From NCBI RefSeq assembly GCF_009914755.1, contig NC_060932.1: DNA of 64,000 bases, one strand, 5' to 3'. This DNA is from the human T2T-CHM13v2.0 reference genome, Homo sapiens. Under the pieces are notes generated by a model. That model worked only from the letters and a program-made list of their open reading frames with translations. It was not told the DNA's origin and searched no databases. Both the position numbers and the translations under genes were made by a program. Shown here piece after piece: positions 56,331 through 64,000 of this stretch. The first letter of the stretch is position 1. Each line of letters starts with the position of its first letter.

Positions 56331-56959
56331 AGCGTAAGGTAGAAATACTGGCACTGGAATTAATGAAGGGCAACTTTTACTTTTATGAGTTTTGTTATAT
56401 TTTAATATTGCCCTCTCTGTTGATGTATGCACCTATGTCCATCCTTAATACCGTGGTCAAAAATCGAGAAGTTAGCATCTTTTGTGTTCTGAGAGCGCCA
56501 CTCACTTCTCACCATCCAGTTATTATTAGTGGAAATGGAGAAGTGGCCCTAGAACTTCTAGTCACTCTAGCATGGACCCTATCACCACATCCTCTAATAC
56601 TGACAACCTCACTACATCTGCTTGACTTTTGAACCATCAGAACTAAACACAAAGTTTTCATCACCTGTTTTCATGAATCAGTAAAATAAACCAAAGACGC
56701 CCAGGTCAAAACTCAGAATCTAATTCTTATATATTGTAAATTCAGTGAGGCCAACCTTGGTACTCCCTTTCTTCTCTAATTATTTTCTAAAGCATGTATC
56801 ACAATAAAATTCAGTATATAGTTTATTAATTTGTCTTGCACAATTATAATGTCTTAGGAGATCAGGGACTTATTTTTTCTGTGTTTGTGTTTCATTTTTC
56901 TTTGATATGAGCATAGCATTTAATAGACATTCAATAAATATTTGTTGAATTAATTAAAT

Positions 56960-58590
56960 ACAAAGAAATAAAAAGCTGCTATAGCTATGTTGACACTAAG
57001 GAAATAGAATGCAAGACAAAAATCATTACTAGATCTTAAGAGGATCAGCAAAGAATTTTGAAAAATCTATTAAACACACTTGAAACATAAAAAAAATCAG
57101 TATTAATGTATGGCATGATATAACCTCAAATTATATGAAACAAAGCTTGATATAAGTAAAAGAAGACTTTAACAAATCCAAAATTATGCGAAAAGCTCTA
57201 ACACTCTCTTCTCAATCACAGATCAAGAAGGCAAAAATAATATAGAAGCTTAGAACAAAATTAATAGGATTGATTTAATTAACATTGCCTAATTTAGCAA
57301 AGAAAAAACAAAGCAGGATGTTTACTTAATTTTGTATTTAGTTAAATATTTTGGGCTGTATTAGTACTAAAAATATTTATTCAAAATTCAAATTTAACAG
57401 GGCATTATATATTTTATCTGAAAAACATGATATCTAATGGACATATATGAAACATCTAGCATTTGCCTGATATATGTTATTTTCAGTACATATAAATCAT
57501 TTTCAAAATATGGGCACATAGTAGCCATAGAGCTCACCTCATCTCAAAAATGTAAAATGATTGGCATCTTACAGAATATATTTGCTGAGCACATGTAACT
57601 TTGACAAAAATTTGTAACAAAAATGAAGTTTAAAATGCACCTATAAATCACAAATACATCAGGAATTATTTATAATATAAATTGAAAAATATTGATCATA
57701 TCATATTTAAAAACTCCATGTTGGAACTAAAGCAGTATTTTAATAAAAAAGTTTTAGTGAGTCCTACAGGCTCACTGTAGTTTTAGTATTTTTATTACAG
57801 GATACAGTTTGAAATTAATGACCTATGCATCTGATTTAAGGAATTTATGTAAAGAAGAGAATAAACTCAGCATAAGAAGGTAGAATAAAATAATGTGCAT
57901 GAAAACCAAACCAAAATTAATAAAATATAAATCTAACAAAAATTTGAAACAATATACAAAACCAAATTTGTTTCTTATGAAAAACAAATGTGTTAAAAAT
58001 TTGATTAATATATAAAAGGTGAAATATCAATATTAGGATTTTAAAACTAGATAGAAATGCAGCTACTACAAACATGATAGATTTAATAAGAGGATGTTTT
58101 AAAAATATAATAATTTGAAAAAATTTTCACAGAATCAACTGTCTAGAAAAGTGAAACTCAGTAAAATTGATTCAAGAAGAAATAAAAATGTGAATAGTCC
58201 TATAAAAATAAAAACAGACAGTAGTTTAAAATATGCTCATAAAAATAATAATGTAGAGAGCTTTACTGTTACATATTACCTTCATAAAACAAAAAATCCA
58301 ATTTATATAAATAATTCTAGAGAATTATTGAAAATGAAAATGGCAATAACACTCTATTTTGATTTATACGGTTAGCATATCACGTTTTAGTCAAAATCTG
58401 ATAAAGCCTTTAAGAATAATGAAAACTGTACACTAATCTCCTCATGAATCCAAAACCCCCACTAAGTTTTATTTACCAGCTGAGTCTAGCAACAAATAAA
58501 AAGCACAATACATTGTGACTAATTTCAGTTTATCTCAGGTCAAGGAAAGTTTGATACCAAAAATATTAACAATGTTATTTAGCATATGTA
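56960..58590 (+). mobile_element. Very old L1M ORF2 fragments
   Basis: A-rich L1-like text such as AGACTTTAACA, GGAACTAAAGCAGTA and AAATGTGAATAGTCCTATA. Confidence 0.6.
57286..57425. mobile_element. MER53-like palindromic DNA transposon remnant
   Basis: TTGCCTAATTTAGCAAA...AAATTCAAATTTAACAGGGCATTATATATTTTATCTG. Confidence 0.65.
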
Positions 58591-59147
58591 TTAGTCTATG
58601 TAACTGTAAACACAGGAATAAATCAATAAACAAATAAAGAAAACACATAATAGTTCAAATAATACAAAATTTATTTATGTTTAACAGTGCAAGGTGTATA
58701 TTCTATTTTAGAAAGCACAATTATTTCTCCATACAGCCTAATTTTTATTATTATAATTATAATCCATAGGGGATTATAATTATCATAGCTTGAAAATAAT
58801 CTAGTTTAGATTAATTATAAATTAAATTCAACAGTATTAAAAAGTTGAACCAATAAAATTTTATTGCCTTTCAAGTTATGTTATTTTCAAGCAAATTGCA
58901 GTTTGTATATTTTAATACCACCAACATAATTTTATAATTATTGCTCTCTGCAGTGTATCTTAAAATCAGAGAGAAGACTTAAAAAATACATTATAATGTC
59001 CTCCATATATACCTATGTAGTTACCTTTATTGAGAGTGTTAATTGCTGTTCTTTATTCCTTTATATGGATTTGAGTTACAAACCAGTGTCCTTCCATTTC
59101 AGCCTGTAGGATCACGTTAGTATTTCTTGAACGTCGGGTATGTTAGA

Positions 59148-59830
59148 AATGAGACCTAATTAAACTAAAGAGCTTCTGTATAGCAAAAGAAATTATCAAA
59201 AGAATAAACAGACAAACTGCAGAATAGGAGAAAATATTTGTGATCTATGCATCTGATAAAGGTCTAATATCCAGAATCCATAAGGAACATGAGCAAATTT
59301 ACAAGCAAAACACTAGTAACCCCATTACAAAGTGGTCAAAGTACATGAACAGATGCTTTTCTTTTTTTTAAATACGTTTATTTTAAGTTGAGCCATACAT
59401 GTGCAGGTTTGCTACACTGGTAAATGTGGGTTATGGGGGTTTGTTGAACATATTATTTCATCACTCAGTTATTAAGCTTAGCATACATTAGTTATTTTTT
59501 CTGATCCTCTCCCTCTTCCCACCCTCTGCCTTCTGATAGGCCCCAGTGTGTGTTGTTCCCCTCTATATGCTCATGTGTTCTCATCACTTAGCTCCCACTT
59601 ATAAGTGAGAATATGCAATATTTGCTTTTCTGTTCCCTCATTAGTTTGCTAAGAATCAGACACTTTTCAAAAGAAGACATATATGTGGCCAAAAAGCACA
59701 TGAAAAAAAATGCTCAACATCACTAATCATTAGAGAAATACAAATCAAAACCACAATGAAATACCATCTCACACCAGTCAGAATGACTATTATTAAAAAG
59801 TCAAAATATAATAGATAGTGGCGAGGCTGT
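59148..59830 (+). mobile_element. L1PA ORF2 3' fragment with a nested L1
   Basis: GACCTAATTAAACTAAAGAGCTTCTG...CATCTCACACCAGTCAGAATG. Confidence 0.88.
59362..59656 (-). mobile_element. L1PA 3' end nested in L1
   Basis: PolyT plus antisense 3'UTR. TSD CAGATGCTTTTC/CAGACACTTTTC at 59350-59361 and 59657-59668. Confidence 0.88.
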
Positions 59831-60914
59831 AAGCACTCTATGTTTGCTGAGGCACTTCTTTAATGCTCAGTCAGGTTAAACTCATCCTTGGCTTTCACAC
59901 CTTGCTTGTGGGTAGTGTCAAAATCAGACACAGGTGAGAAAATAGAGCTTTCTCAGGCCTTTCCTGAACAAGTATGCGTCCCTGCACATGTGCTTAGTCT
60001 TCTAGATTCCAGGAATATGCCAAAGCTTTTCAGATCTCCCTGGATATCTCATTACACAGGTTTTCTTTTCAAATGTTTGTTCAATCACTTGTTTTTTGCT
60101 GATTCGTTTTACTGTTCTAAACAGTGAGGGTGTTAAATAATTGCCTGGAATCATTTTTAACAAACACCTGGGGAGGGCATTTTTACTGAGTAAGGTCTGA
60201 CTATGGTCAAATAAGGCAAGTCTCAAATAAGTTTTTTCAGGGAGTTACTCTAGGTAAAAGAGTGAAAATTCTTTGGATTGGGACTTCTGGGAGGGCCAAG
60301 ACACCCTATACCCACCGAGAACCTTCTTGGCTGCTTGTTGCCACAGCTGCCATGATTGTGAGGCTACTGGTAATCAATGCCACTTGGAGCTCTAGAGAGG
60401 CATATAAGGCAATAAGGAAATATTAAATGCCACAAAGCTCACTGTTCCAATAGGGATTCAGCTAATTTTCTTGAATCAGCGCTTCTCAGAGAGTTCTAAG
60501 TCTTTGATTAGTTTTCAGAGTTCTGAAAAAGTGGATTTTGTCAATTTTGCCAGTTTTCTCATTGCTCTTTTGAGGAGTAAATTTTTAGAGTTTCTTACTT
60601 TACCATTTTGGAAGTATTTTTTCATATCATCTTTCAGGGACTAGACCTGTGGGAGGCTCTGCTACCTTTGCTTTGAATATGTCACAGACCGGAAATGAGA
60701 AAGATCTTGGAGGAGAAAACACAAGTGATTTCTAGTGGCTAAGTCTGACAGTGATATGGTTTATTGCTATTCACATTCTGTTAGCCAAAACCCAACCATC
60801 TGGCCATTTCCAACTGACAGAAAAACAGAAGTGGAGTTTAGCTGTGTGTGAATGATGGAGTTAGTATTTTCTTATGTGGATGGGGGTCTCCCTAATACCA
60901 CCTTTACACACTAG

Positions 60915-62080
60915 CTGAGAAAAATAATATGATTATCTCAATAGATACAATGAAAGTATTTGATAAAATTCAACAGCCATTGATTAAAAAAAGAAGTAAA
61001 ACAAAATTCTGGCTATTACAGGAATAGAATGAAACTTCATTAACCTTATGAAAAATATTCACAAAAATAGATACACAAACATATTTAGTAGTACACACTC
61101 CCTTTAAGATTAGAAAAAAGCATGAAGCTTTGCAGTATCTATACCCATCATTGTATTGGATATCCTAGCAAGTTTTATGGGGAAATAAAAAGAAAAGTAA
61201 CATATACAAAATTTTCAAAACTTCTCATTTCTAAGTGATAATATGGGTGCTTAAAATAATATAATCTATAGGTATACAATTCGAATTAAAAGAGATTATT
61301 AACTCAGGTGAAATATTAAATAAAAAAATTAATCACATCTCATCAGCAAAAATGCTTTAAAATTTAACTTAGAATGATACTTTTAAAGTGACATTAAAAT
61401 ATATGCACACAATTTAGAAATAAATCTCATGAAAGTTTTGTTTATCAGGAAAATTATAAAACAGTTTAAAAGATATCAGTAAAGACATTAATACACATAG
61501 ACAATAATAAAATTCCATAATTAAAAAGTTAAATATTTAAAGCTATCAATTTTTCCCAAATAAAACCACAATTTAAAAAAAATCAACAAATTTCAACAGA
61601 TTTTTGTTTTTTAGAAATTGTCAAGGTGACTATAAAATACAGAAATAAAAAGAGTCAAGAATAATAAATACATATTTTGTAGCAAATAAAGAATATGAGA
61701 GATTTTCCTTTTCCAATAATAAATATTATTGTGAACCTAGCTGAGTTATGACACTAAGTTTTTGACATAAAATGAAGAATAAGATTCATAGAACAAAATA
61801 AATGCAGAAGTCAAGTTTCCTAATTGTTTGCAAAGTCCACTCATAAAATCACTTGACATTTCCAACCTAGTGGGAGAAAGAATATTTGTATGAATGGTTC
61901 TGGGTAAGTTGGTATTCCATATTAAAATCAAATGAAATCAGAGCCCTACTTCACATGGTGCAAAATGATTTGTTTTAGACTTAATGGCCTGAAAGTGAAG
62001 AGTGAAATTATCTAACTTGTAAAAAGTAATATGGAAACTATTTTTTACCTTAAAAATTGTTTTGACCTCACTCTAGGAGG
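60915..62080 (+). mobile_element. Old L1M ORF2 fragment
   Basis: TATGATTATCTCAATAGAT...TTTGATAAAATTCAACA (MIISID..FDKIQ). Confidence 0.75.
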
Positions 62081-62084
62081 AAAC

Positions 62085-62385
62085 TTTTTTTTTTTTTTTT
62101 TTTTTGACGGAATATTGCTCTGTCGCCCAGGCTGGAGTACAGTAGCATGATCTGGGCTCCCTACAACTTCCGCCTCCCAGGTTCAAGTGATTCTCCCCAC
62201 TCAGCCGCCTCAGTATCTGGGATTACAGGCACTCACCAACACACCCGGCTAATTTTTGTATTTTTAGTAGAGATAGGGTTTCGCCATGTTGGCCAGGCTG
62301 GTCTCGAACTCCTGACCTCAAGTGATCTGCCCGCCTCAGCCTCCCAAAGTGTTGGAATTACAGGAGTGAGCCACTGCGCCTAGCC
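62085..62385 (-). mobile_element. Alu, AluSx/Sz-like
   Basis: Full dimer with CTGACCTCAAGTGATC. Confidence 0.95.
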
Positions 62386-63001
62386 GGGAGAAAGTTTTTA
62401 AGTGAAGATCCAAGATATTCCAAAAGCAAAGCAGCATATTAGTAATTTTCATGGCAATAAATATGATACACTAGCTCATCAAAATATATAAAGAGGGAGA
62501 AAACATAAGTGCACACTATGAGAGGTTGGTGTTTCAACTGTAACACAAAAAATGTCTATACCTAAAATGTATAAATAATGGCTTCAATTCCACAAAATGT
62601 CAACCACGCAGACAAATGTTCTAAGTGGCTACCAAAATGTGTGAAAAGGGGGCCATCCTTAGTTGTGCTCGGGGAAATGATTAATGAAAAATCACGTCAA
62701 AGCTGTCAGATTGGTAAAACTAGAAAGCATAGCACCTGACAGTATTATATTTTGACTGAGATGCAATATCCTAAGCACTGCTGATTAGAGTGTAAATTGT
62801 TCAATAACGTCTGAAAACAGTTGCCTTTATATGGTAACATCAGAGTTATACATACCAGGTGAGTGTTTTGGCCTAAGAGAGAGGCATATATACAGGAAAG
62901 TACAGTGAGTGCTGAGCAGGTTCCTGCAGATGTCTCATGCTGATTCTTCAGAAAATCCCAGAAGCAAGAAATGAGAGATCTGTGATGCCCCTTTAAGGTG
63001 A

Positions 63002-63480
<479 letters not shown>

Positions 63481-63559
63481 CTGTGGGCCATTTCTAGAGC
63501 CAGAGGTGACAGCAAGAGTTTGTGCAGTATTGAACAAGGTTTCCAATATACTTGTCACT

Positions 63560-64000
63560 CCATGCTTCCTCTTCTATGGCTATGACTCTAGAGAAACTCT
63601 TGCACAAATACACCAAGAGCCTTGCACTTCTGAGTACAGCTAAAAGCAGTGTAGTTCTCAGTAGTACATGCAAATGAAAAGCATGGATAGATATTGGGAT
63701 CATAAGGTCAAGCAAAGAAAAAGAAGCATGTTGTAAAATAACAGATAGAATATTCTACCATTTATGGAGATTTTAAAAACATTAGTTATTTATGAATACA
63801 AAGCAAGAGAATCATAAATGCAAATATCAAGACAGTGGTTATTTTTGAAGGGAGGCAATTAGTAATTTAATTTCAAAAAGGCATAAATAGAACTTTAAAG
63901 TCAACAGTTATATTTTTAACTGGATGGCTTGTTTTACAATGATTTTTATAACTTTAATGCATTTTATATATTTACCATGGTATCTCCTTCTTATTTATAA
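63560..64000 (+). mobile_element. L1ME-like 3' fragment
   Basis: CTAGAGAAACTCTTGCACA...TACCATTTATG...GACAGTGGTTA. Confidence 0.55.

Overview
This looks like human genomic DNA: AT-rich, repeat-dense intergenic or deep-intronic sequence, with an AluYa5 supporting human origin. I found no credible protein-coding exon, tRNA, rRNA or CRISPR array. The ORF track is explained by Alu, L1, LTR, low-complexity and chance frames. The window is a layered record of transposable elements: Alus, L1 fragments of many ages, L2/MIR, MaLR and ERV LTRs (THE1, MST, MLT1, MLT2, MER4-group, LTR12C), a decayed ERV-L pol segment, and DNA transposons (Charlie1, MER44, MER53). I do not see a new biological system. The most unusual items are a 96-nt near-perfect hairpin I cannot assign (36522-36617), a 5'-inverted AluY (54508-54772), a half-deleted LTR12C inside ERV-L pol, a THE1 provirus with discordant LTRs, and a displaced MLT2 segment. 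Family names come from recalled consensus sequences, not from a search, and boundaries of old elements are approximate.
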